Assembly: GCA_001600695.1 (NCBI GenBank)
Contig: BCKQ01000009.1
Span: forward strand, 419,225 to 483,224
Direction of reading: 5' to 3'
From: Ascoidea asiatica JCM 7603
Lineage: Eukaryota; Fungi; Ascomycota
Length of the DNA stretch: 64,000 nucleotides
In this document: in pieces, positions 23,462 through 35,993 of the stretch
Numbering within the stretch: position 1 is the stretch's first letter
How the letters are laid out: each line of letters starts with the position of its first letter
Notes under the pieces: model-generated
What the model was told of the DNA's origin: nothing
The model's database searches: none
Seen by the model: the letters and a program-made list of their open reading frames with translations, nothing else
Position numbers and translations under genes: made by a program

Positions 23462-24415
23462 ATGATTTCATATGAGAAGTTAATTGGACTTTCCTCAAGA
23501 CAAAAAGATATTATATCTGGATTAACTGCAGGTTCATTAACTACATTAATTACTCATCCATTAGATTTAATAAAAATTAGATTACAATTAGATTATTCAA
23601 ATGAAAATCATTATTTTATATTTAAAAAAATTATTAAAGATATTTTAAAAAATGGTAATGGCAAAAAGATTTTAATTTTAAATGAAATTTATAGAGGTTT
23701 TGGATTAAATTTAATTGGTAATTCAATTGCATGGTCATTATATTTTACATTATATAATGAATTTAAAGAAAAAAAAATCTTTACAATCAGTAAGATTGAT
23801 AATGATAATGATAATAAGAATGAAAAATATTTCTTAAGTGCATTTTCTGCAGGTTTTATAACTACAATTTTAACAAATCCAATTTGGGTTTTAAAAACAA
23901 GAATTTTATCAAGTTCAAAAAATGAAAAAGGTTCATATAAGAATTTTATTGATGGAATTTATAAAATTTTTAAAAATGAAAAAATTAATACATTTTATAA
24001 AGGTTTATTACCAAGTATAATTGGTGTAAGTAAAGGTGCAGTACAATTTTCAATTTATGATAATTTAAAAGATTTTTATTTTTTAAAAAAAAAAAAAATT
24101 AAAAATAAAGAAAAATTAAAATCAATTGAATATATTTGTATAAGTTCAATTTCACAAATTTTTGCAACTACATTTTTTTATCCTTTACAATTATTTAAAT
24201 CAAGATTACAATCATATAATGGTAAAGATAAATTAATTGAAATAATTAAATTTACAATTAAAAATGAAGGTTTCAATGGTTTATATAAAGGTTTATTCAC
24301 AAACTTAATAAGAGTGTTACCAGCTACTATAATTACATTTACAACATATGAAAATTTGAAATATTTTCTTTACTATAATAAAAATGATAATAAAAATGAT
24401 AAAGTAATGAAATAA
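23462..24415 (+). CDS. FLX1: Mitochondrial carrier, FAD/folate subfamily
   Basis: Three carrier repeats (HPLDLIKIRLQ, NPIWVLKTRI, YPLQLFKSRLQ) and GNSIAWSLYF, typical of Flx1/SLC25A32. Confidence 0.88.
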   Translation: MISYEKLIGLSSRQKDIISGLTAGSLTTLITHPLDLIKIRLQLDYSNENHYFIFKKIIKDILKNGNGKKILILNEIYRGFGLNLIGNSIAWSLYFTLYNEFKEKKIFTISKIDNDNDNKNEKYFLSAFSAGFITTILTNPIWVLKTRILSSSKNEKGSYKNFIDGIYKIFKNEKINTFYKGLLPSIIGVSKGAVQFSIYDNLKDFYFLKKKKIKNKEKLKSIEYICISSISQIFATTFFYPLQLFKSRLQSYNGKDKLIEIIKFTIKNEGFNGLYKGLFTNLIRVLPATIITFTTYENLKYFLYYNKNDNKNDKVMK

Positions 24416-25230
24416 TGATTTTACTTATTACCTCTAATAGATACTATTGGAATAATCAAGTTTTAGGAAGCTATATCTTGAGTTTGTTGTTTGATGACAA
24501 TTTTTATTTTCTATTTCATGATTAGATTTGAATAACGTATTTTAATATATTTTTATTCATTCACTTACAAAAATTATTTTTTGTAGAATGATTCAAATAT
24601 TATAGAATCTATAACAGTTCTATTATTTTTGGGGCTTTTTATATCCAAAACGCAATAATGGAGCTAAGAAGTACCATTTGTAAAAGCGTATCACACCTGG
24701 AGGTTGAATAGAATAGATTCAATGGAAAATTAAAGACAGAAAGAACTTTTATTATTTAAATTCAGTTTGTTATCTCTTTGAGTTATGTTTTCATTTGGTC
24801 TTTTTTTTATCCTGTAATTATAATTGGTAATCAAAACTGCTTGCGTTGATTAGCCAGACTTACATATACAATTCAATTTAAATAAAACATTATGGATGAA
24901 AAAATAGAAAAAATTCTAAGATTTACTGTTTATTATGAAAGTACTTTGCTTTAAATAAAGACATCTCAAGGGGTATTTTAATGAAAAAGATTCATAAGAA
25001 ATCAATAATAATCATCAAAAAAACAAATTGAATAGGAATTCTAAAGAGCTAAAATAATGTTCTGATAAAGAGATTCAAATCAGTCAATTTCAATTGTTTC
25101 TTTATTCCTTTAATTCATTTAATTTCAATTAATATATGGTGCTGTGAACCAAATTAGTGGATCCAATAATTACTATTCTTCTGTACATTGCTGGGCAGGA
25201 GGTGACAGATTAAGAATCCAAGAAGTGAAG

Positions 25231-25608
25231 ACGCGTAAAACAGAAAAGGTAAACAAGAATAACTCAAACACGAAGAAAGTACCGTGAACACGTAAGAATA
25301 AAAACACCACAACACCAAAACAACGCGAAAATAAACAAAACCAATCAAAAAGGGGCCACATGGCGGGGCAGCGTGCCTGCGAGTTTTGCGGCTGCAGCTT
25401 TTGCGGCTGCGACTGAAACGCAAGCCAGCGACCGCATTTTTCTAAACGTGACCATACTAGCCTCAAACATCACAACTCGAGCCACACCTGCCGCTTTAAA
25501 ACCTGAAAAGAGGCCAGTTTTGTGTCTTTTCTTCCTCTGCTCACCAGATATACTAATATTAAATATTCCAGTTCTAATTCCAATTCCACTTCCAGAACTG
25601 TCACGAAA
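25231..25608 (+). promoter_or_regulatory. G1/S cell-cycle elements upstream of HCM1
   Basis: MCB ACGCGT 25231-25236; ACGCGAAA 25323-25330; SCB CACGAAA 25602-25608; forkhead sites GTAAACAA 25249-25256 and ATAAACAA 25331-25338. Confidence 0.65.
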
Positions 25609-26407
25609 GATTCTTTTTTATCTTCCATTTCACTCATATTTTTATTCTTCCTTTCTTCACTCCTAAAATATACTATATCAATGCCAATTGGGTCCCAGAT
25701 AAAAGTAAAGATTTGATTAAATACCCTTCTTTATCCATCTCATTATCATTACAATCATCAATATTATTATCATCTTCATTATCAATAGGTATATATCATT
25801 TTGATTATCTTATTCATTTCGTTAAATTTAATTATTCATATCCTTAATCTCATTTGTCGTTACTGTTTTCAACCAATATTATATAATCTTTTCATCTTTA
25901 ATTTAACCAATAAGAAAATCCAAGAAATAAACCTTTTTTAAATTCAATAAATTCATATTCCTTTAATAGATTCCATCATACCACATAATATCATATAAAA
26001 TCATATAAAATCATTTAGAATCATATAATATCATATCTCATAAATAAAATTATTATTATCTTCAAATAGAAAAGCATCTTAGCTTTAGTTATATCCGATA
26101 ATTGACCCTGATTTTAATCTTTAAAAAATTTTGATTCACAAATTTCGATTCCTGATTCATTCATATAAATTATTTCTTTTTTTTTCAGTTAAGGTACTCA
26201 CCTCCTAAATTCTTCATCAAATTTATAAATATTACTATAAATATCAATATCAATACATTCATAAAAACATACTTTCCTAATATAATCATCATATATATCT
26301 TATACAGTATATATCTTTCATATATATATGATATATATATATATAAAGTATAAGTATAAGAATCATCTTATATTATATATTTCATTTCATAATCATTATT
26401 CAAAATA

Positions 26408-26680
26408 ATGTCTCCAATTTCAAAAACAAAATTTTCTTTATCCTCTAATTCAAATTCAAATTCAAATCAAAATTCAAATTCAAATTCAAATTCAAACTCA
26501 AACTCAAATACAAATACAAATACAAATAATTTAATTGATTCAAATTTAATGAAATCTTTAAATTCAATTCATTTACCAAAATCAATTCAAATTTCTCAAA
26601 ATAATTCTTTAACTCCTCCAAATACTGATAATTCTGCAATAAGATTAAAAACTATAATAACTAATAATAATAATCATAAT

Positions 26681-26720
<40 letters not shown>

Positions 26721-29296
26721 TTCTTCATATTAATCTGAATAATATAAATTTAAATAATAACTTGAATAGTAATTCAAATAATAAAACAATTGCTCCTTCT
26801 TTATTATCTCCTTCTTTATCTTCTCCTCAATTTAATATCACTAATAATATTAAATCAAATTCCAATACCATTAACAATATCCAAGTTTCCTCTACAAATT
26901 CTCAAGCAAGTCCATCTACTTTATTATATAATTTAAATAATTCTTCTCCAACTAATAATTCAATATTAGTTAAATCTAAATTAAATTTAAAATCAAAATC
27001 AAATTCAAAATATATTAATTTTGATTCAAAATTAGATAATAATAATATAAAATCTGTTATAATCTCAAATACTAACGTTTCTAATATAACTTCTTCACCT
27101 TCTAATTCCCTTTCTTCACAATCACAATCACAATCTCAATCTCAAAATTCAATATTGAAATCAAAACAAAAACCTAAACAAAAATCATCAAAAGTTAAAT
27201 CAAAAGTAAAATCAAACTCAATTAATAAAAATACAGATACCCAAAATTCAACAAAAAATATTATAACAAATAAAGAAGAAAAACCTCCTTTTAGTTATGC
27301 AAATCTTATAGCTTTAGCTATCTTAAGATCAATTGAAAAAAAATTAACTTTATCTCAAATTTATAATTGGATTTCAAATTCTTTTTCTTTTTATAAAAAA
27401 AATGATTCTGGTTGGCAAAATTCAATAAGACATAATTTATCTTTAAATAAAGCTTTTGTAAAAACTGAAAAATCAAAAGATGGTAAAGGTCATTATTGGA
27501 AAATTGATCCAAATTATGAATATCAATTTTTTAAAATTTCTGTTAAAAAATCTTTTACTGCAAAATCAAATTTAATTAATAATAATAATAATACCAATAA
27601 TATCAAAAGTAATAAAATTTATGCTCAAAATCAAAATCAACATCAAAATCCTCAATTACCAAAACCAAAAAAATTATGTTTTGATATAATTTCAACTTCT
27701 TCAAATAATTCAAATAAAATTTCTTCATTAACTTCTTCTTTAATATCTCTTTCTGATAATAATATAAATACTAAAAATAATATAAATAATAATAATGAAA
27801 ATCAAAATGATGTATATGATCCAACAACTGATCCTTTATCTTCCGAATCAGATGAATTACCTAATGATATATTTAATACAAACAATACATCAAATTCAAT
27901 CACTGTTCATAATCAATCAAAAAATGATATTTCATCACATTCAAATAAAAGTTTCACATTCATAACTAATATAAATAATAATAATATCAATAGTATCAAT
28001 AATAATAAGAAGAAAAATAATACTAAAAAAAGTAATACTTATAATACCGAGAATACTATTATCAATAAAAGTAGTAAGAAAAGTAATATTCAAAATAATG
28101 TTGACAATAGTTTTGATAACACTCATAATACTAGCATTAATAATAGTCTGAAGATTAATTATGACTCAGATGATACTCAAGATGATAAAACTCAAACTCC
28201 ACTCACCAAACAAAAATCATATAATCCTTTTAATACAACTAAACAAATCTCAGATACTCCAATGAATATTCACAATATCAACAATATTCCAGATTTTAGT
28301 TTTAATCTTATAAGTCCAATAAAAAGATCAAATTCTGCAATAGGTTTAGAAAGATATTCAATTAGAAAAAAAAGAAAATTAGATGATCAAGAAATTGATG
28401 AGTATATCGATCATAATTTTATTAATCTGGAAAAATTGGAAGAAAATTCAATAAAATTTAATGAAAATGAAAATGATAATGAAATTGAAATTAATAATAA
28501 ATTAAATGGTAACATAGATAATCAAAATTTAATTTTAACTAAAAAATTAAAAACTTCACATGATGAAGAATTTTTAAATACTTTTTCAAATTCTCCTTCT
28601 TTGGAAAGACCTTTTACTCTTTCAAATTCAATACCTTTTACCTCATCTTTCAATTGCAATTTAAACTTTGAATTATCTCCATTAAGAAGAAGGCAAACTG
28701 GTCCAATATTATTAAATTTAGAACCTGTGACTCCAGCTTCAAAGTCATCTAATTTTAGTCAAAAAAATATGATAATGAACACTAATTGTAATCCGAAATT
28801 AAATAATAGTATTTTTAGTACTTCAAAAGATGATAATTTATTCAATTTCGCTTTTCCAAATAGAACACCAATAAATAATAAAAGTTATAAAACTCCATGC
28901 AGAATAAAAACTCCAAGCAGGATAAAAACTCCAAGTTCTGCTTCTATAATGAAAAAAATATGGAATACTCCAAGTTATTTAGATGATTTTTACACATCTC
29001 CTAGCATTTCAAGGTCAAATAATTATTTTGAGGATGATCAGATTTTTAATTCATATTATGGATCTCCTGGTCGAAATTCTTCAAAAAGTTCTAAGAAAAA
29101 TAAAACCTCTCAATTTTATCAAGAAAGTTATAATTCATTAGGAAATGATTTTATCAGCGAAGATATTTTTAGGGTTGTCAAAAAAGTTGTTGGATCAGAA
29201 GTTGATCCAGATAATTTAAAATCTGGTGAAAATGCTCCTTTTGTCAGTGGAACTCGTTCAGCTCCAGAAACTCCGATTAAAAAAAAAATTCTATGA
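26408..29296 (+). CDS. HCM1: Forkhead transcription factor without FHA domain (Hcm1-like)
   Basis: [44 protein letters not shown]-terminal FTSSF..FELSP..TGP..LEPVTP and many S/TP CDK sites. Confidence 0.85.
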
Positions 29297-29815
29297 GTGA
29301 TTTACATAAACAAATCGGTTAGTTAAACAGGTGATTCACTTTTTTTTTTTTCTTGCATAGTTTATTTTTTTGGTTTATCCTTTTCTTGTCAGTGAATTGC
29401 TTCTATTTTTATTATTTTTTCAATGGTTTTTAGCAATTTTAATATTTTTTTTGGTTTTCATTATGCTTTTTAATTTTTTTTTTTTTTTCTTTACCTTTCG
29501 AGTCAATATTTTGTGTTTTTGTTTAAAATTTTATTTTTCTTTTTGGGTTACAACTTTATTAATTATTTTCTTTTGAAACTTCTTTACTGTATAATATTAG
29601 TTAAATCAGCATTTTCGATAACTTCATATTAAATTCTACAATAAATAATTGAGAAAATTTTGTGTTTCAATCTCCTTTCAATTTGAAAGTTTTTGAACAA
29701 AAAATTCGTTTAAAATTTCAGTTTGGACAATCTTACAAAATTTAATATATAATTTAATTTATATTTATACTTATAGCTACAATGGTATATAATTGTAAAA
29801 TTATTTCGTAATAAA

Positions 29816-30763
29816 CTAACCAGGAGGAAGCTGAGAAACATCAACAACATCAGAAGTATTTTTCTCAGGTAACTCAGGATCAATATTATCTAAAGGAGTT
29901 CTTGGTAGAGCCATCATACCAGATCTAGCAACTTCTAATACACCAAAGTTTTTAATCAATCTCAAGAAACTTGAAATTCTTGAAGGTTTTGCAGATAATT
30001 CAATAATACAATTTCTATCACTAATATCAACGATTTTACCACCGAACTGCTTTGCTAAAGAATCTAAAGAATTAAGATAAGTATGCTTTAATCTTAAAAC
30101 TTCACTTAAAGGTAAATTTCTTGGATGATATTTCGAATTTAAAACTTCTTTATTAACTTGGATGTTTAAATCCTGATTAATATTGTTATCCAGTAAATGG
30201 TTTGAAATCAAATCTTGAAAGTATTCAGGACCTAAAAGAGAAACTCTGGTTAATAACAATTCTCTTTTTATGATCTGAGAGTTGGTATAATCTAAAACTG
30301 CAAATACGGGAACTAAATCTTCAATTTGTCTTCTTGCTTGTTCAATTATTGCATCTTGACCTTCTAATACAATTGTCATTCTAGATAAATCACTAACATC
30401 AGTACTGCAAACAACTAAAGAATCAATATTAAATCCTCTACCAGCCAAAGTTGAAGAAATCAAAGCTAGAACACCCGGTTCATTTTGTACTAAACAGTTT
30501 AAAACATGTTGTTTTTTTGGAGCTTTTGATGGTAATGGGGTCTCATATAATATTGAAGAAACAGCAGAATTAGCAGACCACCCAGCTGGAGTTTCTAATA
30601 CAGGTAATGGTGGCCTTTTTGAATTTCTATGTAAAGCTTTATAAGCTAAAGCAGCGGTTGAAGAACTTTGAAATCTTTTCAATGTTAAACTTGAATTACA
30701 AGCATTTAAATATTTTAAATTTGAAGAAACCAACTGAGAAGATCTTTTGAATGAATAACTCAT
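29816..30763 (-). CDS. ILV6: Acetolactate synthase regulatory subunit
   Basis: HVLNCLVQNEPGVL, RGFNIDSLVVC, QARRQIEDLVPV, ARSGMMALPRTPL and C-terminal SQLPPG. Confidence 0.97.
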   Translation of the reverse strand: MSYSFKRSSQLVSSNLKYLNACNSSLTLKRFQSSSTAALAYKALHRNSKRPPLPVLETPAGWSANSAVSSILYETPLPSKAPKKQHVLNCLVQNEPGVLALISSTLAGRGFNIDSLVVCSTDVSDLSRMTIVLEGQDAIIEQARRQIEDLVPVFAVLDYTNSQIIKRELLLTRVSLLGPEYFQDLISNHLLDNNINQDLNIQVNKEVLNSKYHPRNLPLSEVLRLKHTYLNSLDSLAKQFGGKIVDISDRNCIIELSAKPSRISSFLRLIKNFGVLEVARSGMMALPRTPLDNIDPELPEKNTSDVVDVSQLPPG

Positions 30764-30993
30764 TTTTAGAATTGAAAAATTGAATGAAGTAAATTTGGTT
30801 TCCTTCTAGTTCGATAAATTCAAGTTCTTTATCTATTTATATAAGCACCTCAAGTATATTTTTTTATCAAAATAAAAGAAAAGTTCTAAGAGTGATAAAC
30901 ATTTGGAAAATTAGTCACTAAGATGTCCAGTATTAAGTCGAAATTCCATCGATAAAAAGAAAGCTTGAAGTAAAAGATAAACTCAGTATGGAT

Positions 30994-31000
30994 TGAGTCA
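30994..31000. promoter_or_regulatory. Gcn4 site in the ILV6 promoter
   Basis: Perfect TGAGTCA about 230 bp upstream of the ATG. A Leu3-like near-match, CCGGAACAGG, lies at about 31203. Confidence 0.7.
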
Positions 31001-31842
31001 TTAGAGGCGGATTTCACGGATAGTTTTTAGCGGATTAATCTAATTGGTATTGTTTTTAAATTAGCCAATTTAATGAATAACACATTAACAGCTGACTGTC
31101 ATCCAACATCTCATTAGCAGAGATTTTATTACGGAAATTGATATTTACTACGGATTTATTTTTATTTTAAGATATCGGCAAAAGCAGCCTATTGAACGAG
31201 CTCCGGAACAGGACCGTTAATGGAGTAAACTTTATTTTATAAACATGCATGCAATAATATGTACCCATAAAACACCATTTTGCAGAACAATTGATAAACC
31301 TTAATTAAGCTTAAAATTTCATGAAAATTAAATGTGAATCAAGAACAATTTCAAATAAATTAATGGAAAAGAAAAAAAAAATATCACTGTTTTTATTTTT
31401 GTCTAGCAGTATTATAAAAACAATCAGAAATTTGGCAACAATAATATAAAATATTGATGAAGATCAACTTGATTCAATATCTCATATGCCAACTTTTTTT
31501 TCAAGGAACATTTGAATGAATAAGTAAAACATTTTAGGGGTATAATCGCAAGTGAAACTTCAATAAAAAACTTTGTGGGAGGATACCTTCCATAATTAAA
31601 CAGTTTTTGGGAGTTTCAAATAATTTTTAAATAGGTTTTCATCTTTTATAATGAAAAAATAGGTAGAGTATTTGCAAAAGAATAGCAAAATAGCTTTTCA
31701 CATATCGCTGTTCATTTTAATTTGTTGTTTAAATATAGTGAGATAAAATAGATATAAGAAAAATAAAGGTTAAAAGAATTAAAAAGAAAAAGAAGTTAAA
31801 TAATCAATGAATCAAAGCTGAAACTTTGAAGAAATCAAATGT

Positions 31843-33459
31843 TCAATATTTGTATCTAAAATTTCTATTCTCAAAATCAGTAAAATCTTTGAAACCATCA
31901 ATTTGAGCTTGTTTAGCCATTTCATCGGTATAAACACCTCCAGCTTCTTTATTTCTTCTTTTATTTCTAGAAATCATGATAAATCCATAAACTATCGATA
32001 AAACCATAATTACACAATAACATGTCATCATACCTGTCATACCAGATTTATATCTAGGTGCTTCTTTTGTATAAAAAATATTAGCACCAACAATATTTGC
32101 AGCAGCATAAAATAAAAAGTAAAGACCAGTTGCAAGAGTTCTTTTTGATTGACCTGCAACGTTTGCATTAATTAAAACCCAAGCTAAAATAACTGGAGCG
32201 CCAACAATATATTGAAGCCAAGTACAACCAACTAAAGGCCATTTTTTATCAAGTGAAATGATTTTAAGTCCAATTAAACCACTTAAAGGAAAAATACAAG
32301 AAGCAAATAATAATATACAACGTATATTTGAAAAATATAAGGCAACCACACCCATACCAAAAATCCAAATTAATTCAAATGCACCTGTTGGTAATTGTAA
32401 AGCAGTTGCAGAAATTCCACTAAATCCAAAACCTTTAATCAAAGCACTTTGAAAATTTGAAATTCCACCATTAATAACACCACAACAAAAACCAGTTAAA
32501 GCTAAAATAATTACTCCGACATCAATTAAAGCTTCAGAAGCTTGTTTTTTCTTAAATTCAGTATCTTTAATACCCATTGAATTTTTAGAAATTCTATCTA
32601 CAACTATGATTTTTTCTTTTTCAGTTAAAAATTTTGCAGAAGCTGGAGAATCTGGACAAAACAAATAAAATAAAACAGACCAAACTAAATTTAATAAACC
32701 AATAACTAAGAAAATTAATTTCCATGGTTTTATTGCAGCATGAGTAGCATGACCTAAACCAAAAGATAATAAAGCACCAACAATAGTTGAAATACCATTA
32801 CAACTTAAAATAGCACACATTCTAAAAGGTTGTTCAGCTCTTGTATAAAACATACTATTCAATTGCATTACAGATGGAGAAATTCCAGCTTCTAAACAAC
32901 CTAAAAGAAATCTTAAAACTAAAATTCCACCATAATTTTTAGCACCAATATGACCAATTAAAATAATTGCCCAAACAAATAACATTACAGCAGTATACTT
33001 TGCAACAGGAACCTTTTGAATAATATAATTTGCAGGTAAAGCACAAGCCATATAACCAAAATTAAAAATAGAAGCAGTCCATGAATAACGTTGACCAACA
33101 TCAATATGTAAATCAGCTTTAAAAGAATAAGCAGCAGCATAATTTAAAGATAATTTATCTAAGAATTGTAAAGTATATGTAATCATAAGAATTGGTAAAA
33201 TATGTAAATCAATTTTTCTTCTTAATTTTTTATATTGTTCTTCACTATAAATTTCATCTTTAAAATCTTGAGCTTTTTTAAATAAATCTAAACCAATAAT
33301 ATGAGAATCAATAATTTCATTAGAATCAGAAGATTTATTAGCTTTTGAATTTTTTTCTAAATCTATTTTTTCATTTTCATTTGAAATATTTGGATTACTT
33401 TTTACATTTATTTTAATGTTTGTTTTATTATCTTTATCGGAAAGCGAAATTGAAGACAT
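31843..33459 (-). CDS. MFS transporter, allantoate/anion:cation symporter (Dal5-like) family
   Basis: LRRKIDLHILP..LQFLDK..LNYA, LRFLLGCLEA, FYTRAEQPFR, NVAGQSKR and C-terminal DFTDFENRNFRY. Confidence 0.92.
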   Translation of the reverse strand: MSSISLSDKDNKTNIKINVKSNPNISNENEKIDLEKNSKANKSSDSNEIIDSHIIGLDLFKKAQDFKDEIYSEEQYKKLRRKIDLHILPILMITYTLQFLDKLSLNYAAAYSFKADLHIDVGQRYSWTASIFNFGYMACALPANYIIQKVPVAKYTAVMLFVWAIILIGHIGAKNYGGILVLRFLLGCLEAGISPSVMQLNSMFYTRAEQPFRMCAILSCNGISTIVGALLSFGLGHATHAAIKPWKLIFLVIGLLNLVWSVLFYLFCPDSPASAKFLTEKEKIIVVDRISKNSMGIKDTEFKKKQASEALIDVGVIILALTGFCCGVINGGISNFQSALIKGFGFSGISATALQLPTGAFELIWIFGMGVVALYFSNIRCILLFASCIFPLSGLIGLKIISLDKKWPLVGCTWLQYIVGAPVILAWVLINANVAGQSKRTLATGLYFLFYAAANIVGANIFYTKEAPRYKSGMTGMMTCYCVIMVLSIVYGFIMISRNKRRNKEAGGVYTDEMAKQAQIDGFKDFTDFENRNFRYKY

Positions 33460-33697
33460 TTTTGAAAAAAAGGAACTTATAGCAAATTAGAGAATTATTA
33501 TAAAATCTTAGACAACCTTTAATCCTTATTTTTGGAAATTATAGAGAATTAAATAAGATAATTTCAAGACATTTTATAAAATTTGAAAATTAAAATAATC
33601 AATTGAAATTTAGCAATTATTGGAAATTTTTGTGCTTCATTGTTCTTTTTTAATAATTGTTTATTTGAAGTAATTTGGTTGTCATATCATATAATAT

Positions 33698-33760
33698 CTT
33701 ATCTTACGTTGTTTTCTTTTCTTTTCTTTTTTGATTTGTGTAGTCTTATCTTATCTTATC
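33698..33760 (-). promoter_or_regulatory. GATAAG cluster (nitrogen catabolite repression, Gln3/Gat1-type)
   Basis: CTTATC at 33698 plus three overlapping copies at 33745-33760, 240-300 bp upstream of the permease ATG. Confidence 0.7.
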
Positions 33761-34599
33761 TAGTACAATACTATTTTAGTTTATGATTGATTTTATATCT
33801 AATGATATGTATTCTTTTATAAAAATAAGGAACTTTTTTATGTAATTTGAATTGTTTTAGCTTGTTCTTTGTTTTGTAAAATTGCTGTGAGTTGTAAGTT
33901 TCTTCTGAATCATTAGGTATTTAAATCTTCGGTTAAAAAGTAAAAGCAGAAGCTAATAAAAAAAGAAGCTTCATGATTTTTTTCCAAGATATTTTAAGAT
34001 TAAAACTACTCAAAATGCGAGAAGTTTGCTATCGGAAATGATCTCGGAGCTCTCAATGCCAAACTCTAAATTCCTAATTAACCCAGATAATCTTGATTAA
34101 TTAACTCAAAAAACAAGCTAATTTCCAAAGTTTTGTCAATTTGCAACGTTACAGTCGTTTAATAGTGGGCTAGTTTCTAAATTTTAACTCAAAATTACCA
34201 ATAATTGAATATTCAAATGTTCAAATCGCAAGAATTTCCTGAAACAAATCCAAAGAAGGGCACAAACGCGTAAATCAGCACAAACGCGTAGCACCCCAGA
34301 CACGTGAAAATAAACTTAGTTACCCGCCTATATTTTTTAATCGCACCTCAATCAAGCTATCTCTGCTCATTTTTCTCACTTTCACTTTGCCCAAATTACT
34401 CAAATCTGGAAAATAGGCGCGATGAAGCTTTAAGAAAAAAATGCACGACACGTGACTAACGTACCTGATTATCCTCAAGTGAATACATAGGCGACCGATA
34501 ACGATAACCTTAATGTTTACTTAGATCAAGAATTAGTTGATAAAATAAATATATAAGTAAAATAAATAGTTTGGATTAGTTTGATTTTAAGACAGTTAA

Positions 34600-35640
34600 T
34601 CAACCATAATTTTAACAAAGGAAGAAATATTGGATGAGCTTGGTTTGTATATTTTAGTTCAAAATCTTGCTGAAACTCAAATGTAATCTATTGGAGGGAT
34701 TCATTAAGGAAAAATAATTAATCAAATAAATAAAGTTGATGTAAATTTGAATTTAATATACTTCAAGTAGCATTACTTCCATAACAAAAAAATGATTTAA
34801 TAAATTAAAAGGTTAAAGCTGCAATTTGTAAAGCTGTAATTTGTATGAGGAGTCCGAATTAAGTCAATGAAATACTTCAAGAGAATAATTAAAGGCAAGA
34901 GAAATTTGAGGATATTAATTCTCATAGAGTATACCAGTAATTACTTTTTTTGGAAAACAGATTTCAATCAATTGAATTTTAAGCAATAAAAAAGTCTCGC
35001 AAATTTTCTTCTTGTTTGATTATTCAAACTATTTTTGAAAGTTTATTTAACTCATTGTTCCATATTAATACAGATATCTATCTGAATTTATCCCTTTGAT
35101 CTAAGAATTTGTGCTTAAGAAAAGTTAACTAAAGAAGAAAAAAAAAGGAGAACCTAAAGACATTATAGAAGATGTTAATTAAAAAAAATTGAAATTGATG
35201 GTGCAATTCCAGATCAAACTTTAAAAGATGAAAGCAATAATGATTTAAATTCTTTTGAATTTAAATCAAATTTAATAAAAAATAAGTAAAATCTTTATTA
35301 TTGAACAAGACAAGCAAGCTATTAGGTTTAATAATCCATTGAGTGAAACGACAATCAATAATCAAATTCCAATCCTAGATTTATCTTCAAAATCACCAAA
35401 TTCTCAATTGAAGGTTTTTAAAAAAAATATTTTGAAATTTTAATTTAGTTTCCGATCCAAAATAAAGTTTCAATTTCAATCTTAGGTGATAAAAACATCT
35501 TAGCAAATAAAGTTGTTAGATCTCACTAAATTTTCTATAAAGGGAAATTAAACTGGATTTATACTATCGATCAACTAAAAAAGAAATTTATTTACTTTCA
35601 AATGAAAATAAAAATACATATGATAAGATATAAAGTAAAC
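34600..35640 (+). pseudogene. Possible decayed coding remnant of unknown family
   Basis: Protein-like runs broken by stops, e.g. KVKAAICKAVICMRSPN*VNEILQENN*RQEKFEDINSHRVYQ* and IEIDGAIPDQTLKDESNNDLNSFEFKSNL. No family was recognised. Confidence 0.3.
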
Positions 35641-35993
35641 ACTGTTTTGTCTTTTATTTTGATTTATTTTTCCTTATATTTTCTTTTTTGTATTTTCTTT
35701 GATGATGAATTTCATATTCTTTAGTCGGAATTAAATTTTTGCTTGAGTAAAACTCAAATTTTCTTGATTTTTTGATTTTATTTCCCTTTCGACATACTCA
35801 CTATACAGATATTTTAAGTATACTTTTGATAATAAACTCTTATATTTTCTTAATTTTAAATTCCATTGATTATTGGTCATTGGTTGTTAAATATAATATA
35901 TTGGTTGATTATTGATTAAATAAAAACTTATATAATTAAGAGTAACATCTCCAATTACTTATATTGAGATATTCATTCCTTTATACATAATAA

